A DNA stretch of 64,000 nt from Felis catus (taxonomy: Eukaryota). The position numbers were made by a program, and so were the translations under genes. Shown one piece after another: positions 1 through 13,120 of the stretch (position 1 is the first letter of the stretch; each line of letters starts with the position of its first letter). Below the pieces are notes generated by a model. It saw nothing but the letters and a program-made list of their open reading frames with translations. It did no database searches and was not told the DNA's origin. The stretch covers positions 159,528,001 through 159,592,000 of the forward strand of contig NC_058368.1 of assembly GCF_018350175.1 (NCBI RefSeq), written 5' to 3'.

Positions 1-156
1 TTCTTTCTCTTCTGGTCCCCATCTGTTTGGGGGTTTTGTTTTGATTTTTTCCCCCTCATGTTATAAACAATCCTTTTAAATTCCCCTTAAATTCCAAAGA
101 CCTAGACAGAAAATGGAAATATATAACTCTTGGAAACTCATTAGAAACTCTGATTT

Positions 157-368
157 TAAAGTTTATTCATTTTGAGAGAAAGAGAGAGAGAGCACATGTG
201 TGCACATAGGTGGGGGAGGGGCAGAAAGAGAGGGGAGAGAATCCCAAGCAGGTTCTGTGCTATCAGCACAAAGCCTGACACAGGGCTCAATCCCATGAAC
301 CATGAGATCATGACCTGAGTCAAAACCAAGAGTTGGATGCTTAACCTGCTGAGCCATCCAGGTGCTCC
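157..368 (-). mobile_element. Can-SINE (carnivore tRNA-derived SINE)
   Basis: Reverse-complement head ...gagccatccaggtgctcc, (GA)n tract, T-rich tail. TSD agaaactctgattt 143-156 / aggaactctgattt 369-382. Confidence 0.95.
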
Positions 369-1479
369 AGGAACTCTGATTTCATACAAACAAGATTTTC
401 ATGTGGTAACAAGAAGGAGGTGAACAAAATGCAAATCACACTCCTCCTGGCCCATGCAAAGCCATGAGCCTTTTTCTGGCTCCCCACACACTTCTGGAGC
501 CAATTAACTGTACTTGTTCAGGAGCTTTACACCTTGAGAACTTTGCAGGGGAAGACCATGGGTAACTACAACATTGGTAACACATACAGCACATTTGTTG
601 GCCTCATGGCATCAGTCACTAGATGTCTGAAGTACTAACTAATAACCCACAAATTAAAAGTCATTTCTTCATTGAATGAACTTTGCAAAAAGATGAATAC
701 TATTGATTAATGAAGATTCTGATGTATAACCTCTCAAATCAATTAATTAAATGCATGGAACATTTTATACAAATAAACATTTGGTCAGAACAGCAAGCCA
801 CAAACTGCGGGTTCTACCCATTGAATATTTCAAGAATGGTAAAAAGACTTCACCACTGACCTGCCCCAGAACAAAGTCCTGACAGTACGAGAGCCTAAAT
901 TTGCCTTACGGTAGCTGTGAGGAGCTATATTTACATTTAACCTTTCTGGACTCTGAATTCTGGTCACAGTTTTACAACCAGACTTTCTTACCTGAAAGCA
1001 ATCATCTCTGACCCCAGCACTTCTCAGCCTGTTCATCTTCCTCCGCATCACCTTTATTTATCAATTATTCCATCCTCATGCAAGTACTGAGTCAAGCTTC
1101 CTACATTTAACAGCCTAACATATAATCTGTGAAGTTATAAATAATTATTACAACTCTAGAGGCAAGGTTGTAGAATTTGTACTTACTTTAACTAGTTTGT
1201 AACAAGTCTACAAAATTTGAGAGTGCCTGTTCTGTGGTTGAATCAGCAGAATGTATGCCTGTTAATAAAGGTATCTTAATCCTAGACCTGTAATAATTTA
1301 TAATATTACAGTTAAGATGACTTCCAATGTTATAAATTTCAAGGAATTAGAATAAAAATCAGTTAATTTAATCAATTAGATGATCTCTTGCCACACTTCT
1401 CTTGCTTGCTCTCTCTCCTTTTTTTAAGGGAAAAATTAAGTATCTGTGAAATCTCCAGGATAGCTTTCTATGATGAGTT

Positions 1480-1720
1480 GCCCCAGAGCCAGATTGCCAT
1501 GTGTGAATTCTGGCTCTGTCAATTACTAGCTGAGTAACCTTAGTTAATTATTGAATCTCTACATTCTTTGGATTCCTCATCTGTAAAGTGGGAATCCTAA
1601 GAATATAGTATGATGCAGATTTGCTTGGGGGTTGAATGAATTAATATGTATAGAGAACTTATATTGGCTAATACCAATTGGCTAATACCATACACTAAAC
1701 AAATGTTAGATATTATCAGT
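1480..1720 (+). mobile_element. MIR SINE
   Basis: MIR core motifs tctggctctgtcaattactagctgagtaacctt and ttcctcatctgtaaagtggg. Contains a perfect 14-bp tandem duplication at 1663-1690. Confidence 0.8.
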
Positions 1721-2184
1721 GTCAGTGTTTAAAACACACACTAGTATATTTCAGCTCTTGAAATGGCAAAATAGTGTAAGAAGCTGATAAATGAAGGGAA
1801 TTGTGTAACTTATCAGTAAGAACAAGTTAAAGATGGAAATCATGATCTGGAGGGTTCAGAAAATCATTCATGCAAATTCCTAATCCATAGAAATAGCTAA
1901 AAATATACAGCATACGACTTGACAGATAGTAGCATGTTCTTGGTTAGAATGGAAGCATTTTGCAAATCTCTAAACTTCATTTCCCTACATGTAAGACTTT
2001 TGACTTCCATATTGTCTCCTCATTCAAGGGAAAGCTGCTGAGTTTTCTGTCCAATGCATTAAACAATATTTATTTTACACAATAAATAGCATCTAATGGT
2101 ATCTCCATCATTCCCTTTTCACCCTGTCTTGTGTCTTCTCTCCTTCCTAAATTGAACATCCACAGCAAAGTGTAAATTCTGCTT

Positions 2185-2348
2185 GGGTCACCTGGGTGGC
2201 TCAGTCAGTTAAGCCACCAACTGTGATTTTGGCTCAGGTCATGATCTCATGGTTCCTGAGATCGAGCCCCACATGGGAGCTCAATCTGCCCCTACCTTGC
2301 TCACTCTTTCTCTCTCTCAAAATAAAGAAAATAAACTTTAAAAAAAAA
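2185..2348 (+). mobile_element. Can-SINE, internally deleted
   Basis: Head gggtcacctgggtggctcagtcagttaag and A tail. TSD aaagtgtaaattctgctt 2167-2184 / aaagtataaattctgctt 2346-2363. Confidence 0.95.
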
Positions 2349-2404
2349 GTATAAATTCTGCTTGAGCAACAAGTCTCTAACATTTTGAACTCAAGATCGT
2401 TTTA

Positions 2405-2637
2405 TATTCTTAGAAATTAACAAGACTATTTCCAGAGACAGTGCATGTGCACACATGCGCACACATGCACATGCAATCGGGGGAGGGGCAGAGAGAGAGG
2501 GAGAGAGAGAATCCTAAGCAGGCTCCATGCTGTCAGCCCAGAGCCTGATGGGGGGCTCACACTCACAAACCATGAGATCATGACCTGAACCAAAATCAAG
2601 TCAGAGGCATAAGTGACTAAAGCCACCCAGGCACCCC
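2405..2637 (-). mobile_element. Can-SINE
   Basis: Ends ...aagccacccaggcacccc; catgagatcatgacctga core. Confidence 0.93.
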
Positions 2638-2639
2638 TC

Positions 2640-3165
2640 AAAAAGCATTTTTGGTAAGGATTATGTCTATCAATATTTATTATAATCTAAATGAGAACTG
2701 AGAAACTAAAATTACATATTTGTTTATATATTTAAAGATAACCATAATAAACCCATTACATTACTATAAATGGCATATTTTCTGAAAAATAACATTATAT
2801 TCAAACCAAGGCAAATAATATCTTAATGTTATTATTAAAATTATTTTCAACCTTTAGATCCCCTAGAAGTGTTTTAGGGATCTGCAAGATTTCCTGAACC
2901 CTGGGGGTGACTCAGTTGGTTAAGCATCCAACTTTGGCTCAGGTCACGATCTTGTGGTTTATGAGTTCAACTCCCACATTGGGCACTGGGCTGACAACTC
3001 AGAACTGGAGCCTGCTTCAGATTCTGTGTCTCCCTCTCTCTCTGCCCCTCTCCTGCTTGCACTCTATCTCTCTACAAAATAAAATAAAAATGAACATTAA
3101 AAATATAATAAAAAGATAAATTTAAAAAAAAAGTTTCCCAAACTCTGCTGTAAAAACCACCATCC
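2640..3165. mobile_element. hAT-Charlie (Charlie1-like) DNA transposon remnant, interrupted by a SINE
   Basis: Resembles the recalled Charlie1 sequence (ataataaacccattacatt...ttttctgaaaaataac). Confidence 0.5.
2904..3130 (+). mobile_element. Can-SINE, SINEC_Fc-type (feliform)
   Basis: ggagcctgcttcagattctgtgtctccctctctctctgcccct core and A-rich tail; diverged TSD 2886-2903 / 3130-3147. Confidence 0.92.
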
Positions 3166-3799
3166 TTGAGAATTCATTTGTTATCTACCAAGTATTTGTT
3201 ATGCAGTGATGTACACTATGGAGTATACAAGAAAAATAAGATGCTCCTCAAAATACTTATACCCTTGATAAGGAGATTTAAAACATACATATTCAAAAGC
3301 AAGTAACATTTTAAGACAGTTCATTTTCTTCTTTCCTATCCTGTACAATGCTAACAACTTTATACACATTATATCCTTAAGTGAGATTATATGCCATAAT
3401 CTTAGGGGTAAACCCACATAGTTCAAAGGGGAAAAAATATCACTGTAGCCTGAGAAGATTTTAATAATGTGGAGGAAACTTAAGTTGGGACCAGAATACT
3501 CAATAAGATATAAATAGGAATTAAATATTGGGAGAGGAATTTCAAACACCATGCCATAGCCTGGTGTATTCAGGGTACTTTCACGAGAACCACATGGTTA
3601 GTGAGCTATTTTTATATCCTATTAGCTGTAACTGAACATATGCTACTCCTAACTGCAAGAGAATCTGGGAAAGGCAATCTTCTAGTCTGTCAATCTTTCT
3701 AGTAGAAGAAATCGGGGAAAAGGTGGTTGTGAAGGAAGGATCACAGAGTCTGGTTTAGTACCTAAAACAGGGTAGCATAATGACTTTTGTGGGCCCTTG

Positions 3800-4790
3800 G
3801 TACATAAATGAAGAGTAAATTAGGACAGAATAAAGTAAGGAACTCCTAGGTAGTGATTGTTAATGGTAACCAAATAATTGGATCAAAAACTGTTGATACA
3901 TCTACAGGATTTGAATCAGGCTGACAATACCTGATACTACTTACCAATATTAATATTACATCATAGAGTCACCTACAAAGTATAGACCTCCTGATATGAT
4001 ACAAAAAAGAAAACACATGATTCTCATGAAATATTCAGCCAAAAATTCATCATAATCTGCTCACCCCTCTAAATCTTCCTCTAAGTTTGTAAAATATATG
4101 ACAGAGGAATATGTTAAGTGGCAGCTGGACAGTTTCTTCATAAAAAACTTTCAAGGAAAATACAAGGGAATGATAACACATGGATTAAAATATGGAAGGT
4201 AGGAGGAAAACTGCAAAAGAAAAAAAAATTCCCTGAAAATTGGGGATAATTGAACACTGGATAACATTAAGGAATTAATGTAGTTTTTTAACTCTGATGA
4301 TATTTTGCTTATGTTAAAAATAAGTGAAACAGAATCCCTCATATTTTAGAGACTCATATTGAAGAATTTGAAGATACAATAATATTTTTTGAATTGACTT
4401 TAAAATAATGCAATGACACAAAAAAAGTAAGCAGAGATATAAGAGAAACAAGATCAGTTATGTGTCACTAATTATTGAAGTTGTTTGATAGTTATTTAGT
4501 GATGCTTTATAATTTTCTTTCTATTCTAAATGTTTGATAATTTTTAAAATTTTTTTAATGTTTATTTTTGAGGGAGAGAGAGAAAGAGTGAGGTAGGGGC
4601 AGAGAGAGAGGGAAACATAGAATCTGAAGCAGGCTCCAGGCTCCGAGCTATCAGCACAGACCCCGATGTGGGGCTCAAACTCACAAACCATGAGATCATG
4701 ACCTCACCTGACGTTGGATACTTAGCCAACAGAGCCACCCAGACACCCCTAAATGTTTGGTAATTTTTAAACATCTTTCAATAAATATAA
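3800..4790 (+). mobile_element. Old L1 (L1MC/L1ME-like) 3' region, split by a SINE
   Basis: A-rich degenerate L1 3' UTR-like sequence ending ...ttcaataaata. Confidence 0.55.
4546..4749 (-). mobile_element. Can-SINE, SINEC_Fc-type
   Basis: gaatctgaagcaggctccaggctccgagct core. TSD taaatgtttgataattttt 4527-4545 / taaatgtttggtaattttt 4750-4768. Confidence 0.96.
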
Positions 4791-4944
4791 AAGTCCAGGT
4801 ACTCTATCTAGCATGGAGTATTTAATAAATGTTTAGCTAATAAAATGCCCCTCCCACAGAAAGCACTGTATGAATGGCATTTACATGTATCTGTTCACTC
4901 TGTGCATGGGTATATATAATGTACATTAATTTTTTTAAGTTTAT

Positions 4945-6290
4945 ATTTCTCTTCCAGTAATGGAAGAATAACTTGCATCAGACTAACTCTCCCACCAATA
5001 ATTAATATAAACTATGAGAAAAAAATATAATTATATATACATATCTATATACATATATAATACATAAATATACAAAGCATATATATGTAACATGTATGTA
5101 AATAATATATATATACACACCATATATGTGTGAAAAATATAAACCATATATATTATATATATATAAACAATGTATAAAACAATAATACATATGGTATATT
5201 TATACATATGCTTTATATATATTGTTTATATATAATATATATGCTTTATATATGTTATTTACATATAAAAATATATATATTAAATATGTGTATATGTACA
5301 TATATATGTGTGTATATGTGTATATATATTTATATGTGTGTGTATGTATGTATGTACAACTTTCAAGGCAAGTTGCATTGTGTGTATATGTATGTATATG
5401 TATACATACGTACATACATATATGTACACACACAGTATTGGAGGGAGTACAATCCTTGAAAGTTGGGAAGCAAATTAAATGAGCACCCAATTTAAACACT
5501 GCTCCCCTGAGGGCCCTTCCCAATTTGCCATGGAGTCCAGTATGGTAAAGCTCAAACAAAAAACAACAGCTCTAAAAGGCTGAGGAGAAATAGATCAGGC
5601 TGTCATGAAAATTCTGGAAGGGAGGCAACCACAGAGAGGAAGTATAAAATTTGCATAAAAATTCTTTCAAATTATTATTGGCTGACTGTGGAGCTGCTTA
5701 TATATAAGATATATGTCACAACCCAAAAGACAGCAGTAGGTAGAAGGCAGTATTTCATTAGCCACATAATTCTGGGGATGCCTAGTTTAATTTTTAAGGT
5801 TGTTGATCAAGCTTGGTAAAGACCTCATACTTTTCTCCTCAGAAGGGCCATACCTTAGAAATAAGAGTAAGATTAAAGACTATGCCCTGTAACTAAGGAC
5901 AAAAATAACAAAAACTCACACTAACATGACCTAAAACTAATTATCCATAGGTCGAGATGATTCATCAACAATTTAACTGCCCTGCAAAACAAAACTCAAC
6001 ACCTTTAGAGAAAGATAATGAAATCCAGAGTTCTACAACATAACAATCATAATATCCAGTATATAGTCAAATAATACTAGACATGCAAAGAAGCAGGAAA
6101 ATCTGATCCATAATCAAAAGAAAAAGAACGTCAATAGAAGCCATTCCATAAATGGCCCAGCTGTTTGATGTAGCAGGCAAGAATTTTAAAACATCTGTTA
6201 CAAGCATGTTAAAGACTTTGTAGGAAAAGATGACAGAATGAAAAATCTTGGCAGAAAACTGGAAAGTATTAAAAAAATTAAAAATTTATT
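4945..6290 (+). mobile_element. Old L1 5' UTR/ORF1-start fragment (L1M-type) containing an expanded AT microsatellite
   Basis: ORF1-start-like sequence at 6050-6270 (tactagacatgcaaagaagcaggaaaatctgatccataatcaa...). Confidence 0.6.
5005..5435. repeat. Degenerate (TA)n/(TG)n/(CA)n low-complexity tract
   Basis: Directly visible; it generates the Y/I-rich spurious ORFs at 5002-5559. Confidence 0.95.
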
Positions 6291-9109
6291 TGGAAAATGG
6301 ATTAACTTACCAGTCAATCAACTAGTAAATAAATATAGAGCACAATGCGTGAGAGTAGCCCTGTTTGGCACATGCAAGAGTGGGCAGCAGAGAGAAGTTG
6401 CACTGCTGTTTGTCAGCCAAAGTAGCTTCTATTCCCTCCTCTCTTCTTGTCTGGCAGGCCCGGTCTTTAATAAAGACTATGCTGGGACAGATCCAGGTCG
6501 ATAAAAGCCTATAGATTCCAAACCAGGCAGGTGGCTTTCATGTTTTCATAAGTGATTGAAATTAAATATTAACCACAGCAACGTCAAATTATAACAATAG
6601 ATCCTTACATCCTTATACTATGTTATATTTAGTAAAGGCTATTATATGCATTTCCCCAGTGTTTCTCAAGAATCATGTATAGTATGAGTACCATGGTCTC
6701 TTTATAAAATAACTACGTCCCTCAGAAAAGGTTTTAAAAAGATGGTCATGCAGAAACCTAAAAGGATTGCTAGACAATTAATTGGTAAAAAGCCCAAGCT
6801 TCATTAGAAAGAACGGCATTAGCTCTGAGCTTGGGGACCCTGAGCATATGGGGGTACCAGGTGATTTATTTACTTTGCAATTATCCAAGAGTGCATGGCT
6901 AAAAGGTAATTGAAAATCCCCCAGGCACTAGATGTTGATTTACTTCACAGTTTCAATTGTAGAATCTGGCCTATACCCAGCTCATATCTCAGAAATCATT
7001 GAAAGAATAAATCATTATAAACTTACCTACAAATCCCCACATATCTGAATCTAAATTCTACCAACTTCTAGAATTTCTAAGAGTGTCTTAAAAACCAGTA
7101 ACAATCACTAAATGCTTTTTTCAAGCCAGTCTATGCAGTTCAATGTTTCATTTGCAAAAGAACCATATACAGTTCACAAGATAATAACCTTGATGATGCC
7201 TTACTTTGCCATTATGAGATAGGATGGCAGTCTGAATTAGATTTCTGATAATAGTGACAGCATATAAGGAGGTCTGAAAGACACAAAGTCACATAGAAGG
7301 AATTGGTATTTAGATTGAATCCAAAGGCAACAAAAGTTAAATGCCCTCTTCCAAATGGCACTTAATTCCTCGCTGAAAGATCCAGTTAAGTCTCTTTATG
7401 ACAGTTCAGTCCATTGAAAAGCTGAGTTTATTTGGTTCTATATTAAAATTCTCAAAACAAGTGCTGTGATGCAAAAATGTGTATTATAATTTCTGATAAG
7501 CCTTATGAAAAAAATAAAATATTTTTTCTATGACATCCTTATCATGAGATAGAGTCATATTTCTGGGATGTTTATAAAAATATAAGAACATCCTGGGACA
7601 TCTATATATATAATTTTTTAAAAACATTTTCACTAATTATCACTTGAAAAGACCTAATAAAAGTGATTAACCATTTCCTCATAGGCCATATTTCAACTTA
7701 AAACTCCAATTTCAATATTCAGAGTCATAGAGTAAATCTTATGCCCTTAAGATAAATTTTGATGAAATCTGAGGAAAAATTAATAGAATTTTACATAACC
7801 TCATAGCAGATTTACTGTCTTAAAATGAAGTGCATGAAGCCATCAAGATTTTGCCATCTTTTTTTTTTAATTTATTTACTAAAAACTTGATAATACAAAG
7901 TTTTGCTTGAGGCCAGCTCTGATATATAGAAATATATAATTTATTACTATGTTTATATAATACCAAATAAATTATTAATTTAATTCCTAAGGAATAATCA
8001 GAGGATAACATTCATTGACTTGCTTTTCCTGTATCTAGGGTAAGATGCCATTCCTCTACCCTAATCAGTGTGAACCTTACTGGAAAGCTCTAAATTGAGT
8101 TATTTTCTAAAACAAAAGGCTAGAAAATCATTTCCCCTAGGCTTCTAGGGAGGTAATTTCCCCTTCAGGATGGACCTGTGGTAGTCATAAACTCAATATG
8201 CGCTTAGGTCTTGGAGTTATAAGCAGTCTTTCAAGTTACTCAAGAAAGAATACCTATTCTTTCTTTGTCAAAACTACTGTCATTAGAAACCCATTATATC
8301 TACTGCTTAAGTGACCATTTTTGGCCAACTCTTCTGTCTGTTCTACAAATTTGCAGGCAAGTGACAATATTTTTAAATTCACCAACAGAGGGCATTTACT
8401 GTTTTCTTTGTTCCAAGTTTCAATGTAGAAGTCTAGCATTGCTGAGATTTCCCCTTACACTCCAGTATTAAAAAAAATGTATGCCATGACAGTTGATCTT
8501 TTCTTAGTGGCAAAGGCTCAAATGAATTACAACTGAGAAAAGTAATGTGCAATAAAAACCACATTAGGGAGTGACAAAAAGAGCATTGCCTGAGAAATAT
8601 CCTGTTCTTTTTTATGGCATTTGTAACTGGCTAGATATAGTTTATTTGTTCTCATTGTAATGGGACCAGATGCCCCTCAGAATGTAGCTTTCATTCCATT
8701 TGCAGAACCAGATTGAAATGAAATGAGGTTCGTCTGTCCCAGGCTAGACAAAGAATGACTATGTAAGAGACAAGACGGGATCTACATAAAATAATGACCA
8801 CAGATTTACTGGTCACATCTCTTTGGGTCCATGTTGTTTTCAAAGAGAGAGATATAAAATTGGGTGGCAGAACAGGGTGGTATAGAGAGATGAAAGATCT
8901 AGAAATGGCTAATCTCAGCTGCATTAAGTCATGTTTGAAGGGTTAAATCCAGAAGTGATAGGCCACAGGTCAGGCAAATAACAGAATGTAAGAAAATACC
9001 CTGACTGAGAGGTTAGTTGGCCCTGGAAATTTGAGAAATATTTAGAAGCTTGCAACATTTCCTCATATCTTCCAAAAAGTTGGAATTCAAAAGAAAGGGC
9101 AATAATTGG

Positions 9110-9330
9110 TAACAAAATAACAATAACCATACCTAACATGTGAGTTGCTCCATACACATTTAATCTCATTTTAATCCTTACTGTGATTATATAGGGTATT
9201 AGCTCCCCACTGTAAAGATGAGGAAATGAACTCAGAGAGACTAAAGTGCTCCATGATATACAGCTGGTAAACAAAAGGCTCAAAAGAAGAATTTCTGTTT
9301 CTAAGTTCATATTCAGTGCACCATAGCATA
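9110..9330 (-). mobile_element. MIR SINE
   Basis: ccccactgtaaagatgaggaaatgaactcagagag reverse MIR core. Confidence 0.8.
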
Positions 9331-9699
9331 GCTGCCTCTACAAGCAGGAGAAAACAAACAAACACACAAAGACTCAAAACATTATTTCTTCTTTTCATTC
9401 AAATTCCATACAACTCAACTACTATGTATTACTTTAAACACTATGTTATGCACTAGGAATATATTAATAAAACACAGCTTCTCCCTTTCAAAGACCTTCA
9501 AAATAATTCCAAGAGGAAGATACAGATAAATAAATAGAAGTATAGATGTAGATAAAATACCAAAATGCATGTGTGAAATATATACCTATATAGTAAATAT
9601 AGAGATTTATTTCTATAAACCTCATAAATTTGTGGAAAACTGCCAATTCTCAGTTTGTTGCAAGGAAACTTAAAATACATTTCCCAAACTTACCTCATG

Positions 9700-9850
9700 A
9701 TAATAACAACAAAAAATTAAGTGCTAACCGTTAACTCATTTCATCCTCATAACTCCATAAGGCAGAGAGCAATAGACCCTATTTGATATGTAAGGAGGTA
9801 AAATAATACAACTAATAAGTTGCAGAGTCAAGATTCAAACTCAGACAGAA
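9700..9850 (-). mobile_element. MIR fragment
   Basis: ttaactcatttcatcctcataac...taagttgcagagtcaagattcaaactcagaca. Confidence 0.65.
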
Positions 9851-9986
9851 AGATGGTCTCATGGATGAACTTACCTTATAAAGTATAAAATATTAAGCCC
9901 CAAAATATACCCAGGCTACTCCAAAATTTTATTACTTTCCCTTCTCTTACTAAATCAGCAACAAAGGTGGATAGCTGTAACCCTTG

Positions 9987-9990
<4 letters not shown>

Positions 9991-10021
<31 letters not shown>
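9991..10021 (+). repeat. Poly(A) run, 31 nt
   Basis: Directly visible. Confidence 0.95.
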
Positions 10022-10023
<2 letters not shown>

Positions 10024-11269
10024 TTTAATGTCTACCAGGCTCCAAACTTCATCTGAAAAAATCAGTCATACATATTTCCCTTTCTTTAAGTAACATGCTT
10101 TATAATTTGGGAGCCAATATCCTGACATATGATTTCAAAAAAATGGACCACAATTGGTGTCTGTGTCAATGGTAGCTGTCTGTTAGTGAGCCAATGGCAA
10201 AAGAAAATCCCAAATAGGAAATTTACCCCATACTGGATGAATTAGAAACATTACAAGGAATGGTTAGTAGAACACAAGGGCATGGACCAACTTACTGAAG
10301 AAGTGAAAGCTTTTCTTTTCCTGGAGACAATCTTTTGAAGACCCCCCTTTGCTTCTTTACTTCCCCGTATGTTCTTAAAATACATCCTATAACTTTGGAG
10401 AGCATAAATGTGTTTTTGTTCTTGTAACCTGAAGAAAATTATTCCAATAAAATATACCAAATTTTTCTCGAGAAAATACCATTTCTTTTAGGCTAAAATT
10501 CATTTTTCAGTAAATCTACAAAACTGCACAAAATATATTACGCATACACAATATTACATTCTTCCCTAGGGTACTAACCATCTTTCATTTTTTATAAGAA
10601 ATTAAGACATTCTCAAAAATAATAGAAAATAAATTCTTCCTCATTTAAGAGAATGCTAATCCAATTCCCACCCCTGTTTATAAATTCTGGAGAGAATGAA
10701 CTAAATAATAAGATCCAGTCACAGATGGGTCCTAATACTTGCTGCCATTTCTTCTGTCACTGAAACATGATTTTGGCCTTTTAATACTGGACCCACCCAC
10801 CTGACATACATGGCCTTGCTTACTGCTTCAAGGATGCCCTTGAATATGTAGATATCTACAGAGGCCACAGTGATGTCCTTGGGAATCCCAGGATTACACC
10901 TCTTTGGTTTACATACACAATCCAACAACTGTTTAGGAAAGACATCAGTTGAACCAGGAGGTTAAGTCAACAGAAAGTTCCTCATTTATTTGTCTTTACC
11001 TAGCTGAAATTAGAAGAGACTACTCGAATGATTCTTAAAAAAAAAAAAAAAAGAATTCCAGGGAAATTTGTTGTTTCCATCTAAAGAGAAAAGGGTCTGG
11101 TTCTTCTTGTCTAACCAGGTACTGCCTAACCAAAATTCTCCAATCCAAGAATTCTAGAAGTCTATGTAAAAAGGAATTATTGCCACTATTATGGTACTTA
11201 AAAAATAAGTGACTCATAAACTCACAATTACAGATATCTCAGTAGCAAAAAGAAATTTAAAATGCCATG

Positions 11270-12525
11270 GAATTTGCTTCCAATTCTGGCCAAGGTGTGA
11301 TCACAGGGACTGGATTTACCCTATTACCTGAAACAACCAGAAAACTGGATAAATTACTCAAAACAATGTTTTTCAAGACATTGGACATCAGGCAATGGAA
11401 GACATTGATCTCTGAGAGATGGGAAACAAATGAGGCATTCTTTATAATTGGTCCAGATTCCTACTTAAATTTTTGGACACTGGAGAAAGAAAATATAACA
11501 GGTTGCAGAGTCTTCACAGTGTATTATTCACAATGCCCAAATATAATCCAAAATTTGTTAACATACAGAGAACCAGAAAAGTGTGACCAAGTCTTAAAGA
11601 AAGCCAATCAATAGGGCCCAACCTTGTGATAACCCAGATGTTGGAATTATTACACAGAAAGTTAAAGCAATATTCTAATTACATTAAGTGAGATAATGGA
11701 AAATATTCACAAATTAAATAAAGGATGGAAAATAGCAAAGAAATGGGAAACATAAAAAAGCAAATGGAAATTTTGCACTGATGAAGTGCTATGTATGAAA
11801 TAAAAAAAAATCACTGAAAAGGCTTTATAACAGAACAAAAATGACAGAAGAAAAATCTATGGACATGATAATCAAAAGAAATCCATTCTAATAAATGGAG
11901 AGAAAAACTGTAAAAATAGAAAAGCCTCAGAATTCTGTGGGACAGTACATTAAGGTAACTAGAATCTCAAGAGCAGAGAGAGGTAAGTTAGAAGAATTTT
12001 TAAAGAAAAAAAATGTCTAATGGTTTCAAATTAGTTAAAGATATGAATTTATAAATGTAAGAAGTTCAAATCACTAGACAGTAAAAATATGAAGAAAATC
12101 ATACCTAGATCCATTAAAGTGAATTTGTGGAAAGCTAAAGATGAAGGAACATTTTTTAAAGCAGCAGAGGATGAGAACCAAGATTATATACAGCAGAACA
12201 AAGACTTGAATGGCCACAAGCTTCGCATCAGAGAGTTTGGAGCCTGAAAGACAGGAAATAGCATCTTTAATGTACCTAAAGAATAAAACTACAACCGAGA
12301 ACTCTCCATCAATTGAAAATATTCTTCAAGAATGAAGGTGAACTAGAATCATTTTCAGAGAAAGAAAACTAAGAACATGTGTCTTTACCAGGCTTGCACT
12401 AGTAGAAATGTTAAAAAAAGTTAACAAAAATTAGGCTAGTGGGACATCTGACCTTAAGCAGCAAGTAAAGATCACTGGACATTTTTATTGTTGGTAAATT
12501 ATACCTCAATAAGGTAAAAATTTTA
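11270..12525 (+). mobile_element. Old L1 (L1MD/L1M4-like): 5' region plus decayed ORF1 joined to a short 3' end
   Basis: ORF1-like sequence at 11630-12420 (cccagatgttggaatta..., ttcaagaatgaaggtgaa...). L1M 3'-terminus motif taaattatacctcaataa at ~12496. Confidence 0.75.
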
Positions 12526-13120
12526 AAGGAAATTAATCTAATATTATGGTACCAATTAGAACAACAAAATGAAACGAATGAATTAGAAGTATGTCAATTG
12601 TTTTGTACCAAAATAACCCAGTGAAGTTGAACCTAAGAACAGATTTTAAGCTTTCTTTGATTCATTGTTTCTCAAAGCAAAATTATTCTAAGTCAAGAAG
12701 AAATATGTGGTTTGAAATGATTGTTATAATCTAACTGGACTGAAGCAAAGTGCATTCCATCTTGGAGAGGTTTTCAAACTCTGGTAGAACTTAACTATTG
12801 GAAAAGAATTAGAGAACAGCTGTGGCATTCTATAGACCCTGCACAAATTCTAGCTCTTTAGATTGCTTAAGAAGTGAAAGTAAGGGTTAATTGTGGAACT
12901 AAGAGATTAAAAATGTTGCAAATTCATTGGAAGAGTTTAAGCAAAAAGTCTTTAAGCTGTTGACAATCAGAACTTTAAAAATTAGATTTTGCAAACAAAA
13001 CAAGCCTAGAAAATTAACGGGATGATATCATGAAAGAAAAAGAAAATCCAAAATTAGAAACATAAAAATGAAATGACTTGACTAAGGACAGGAATCAACA
13101 AAGTACTATGAAGTCAGTGA

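Noticed and set aside
5002..5559. Tyr/Ile-rich ORFs (also 38064-38273 and 42768-43146)
   Set aside because: Translations of (TA)n/(TG)n microsatellites.
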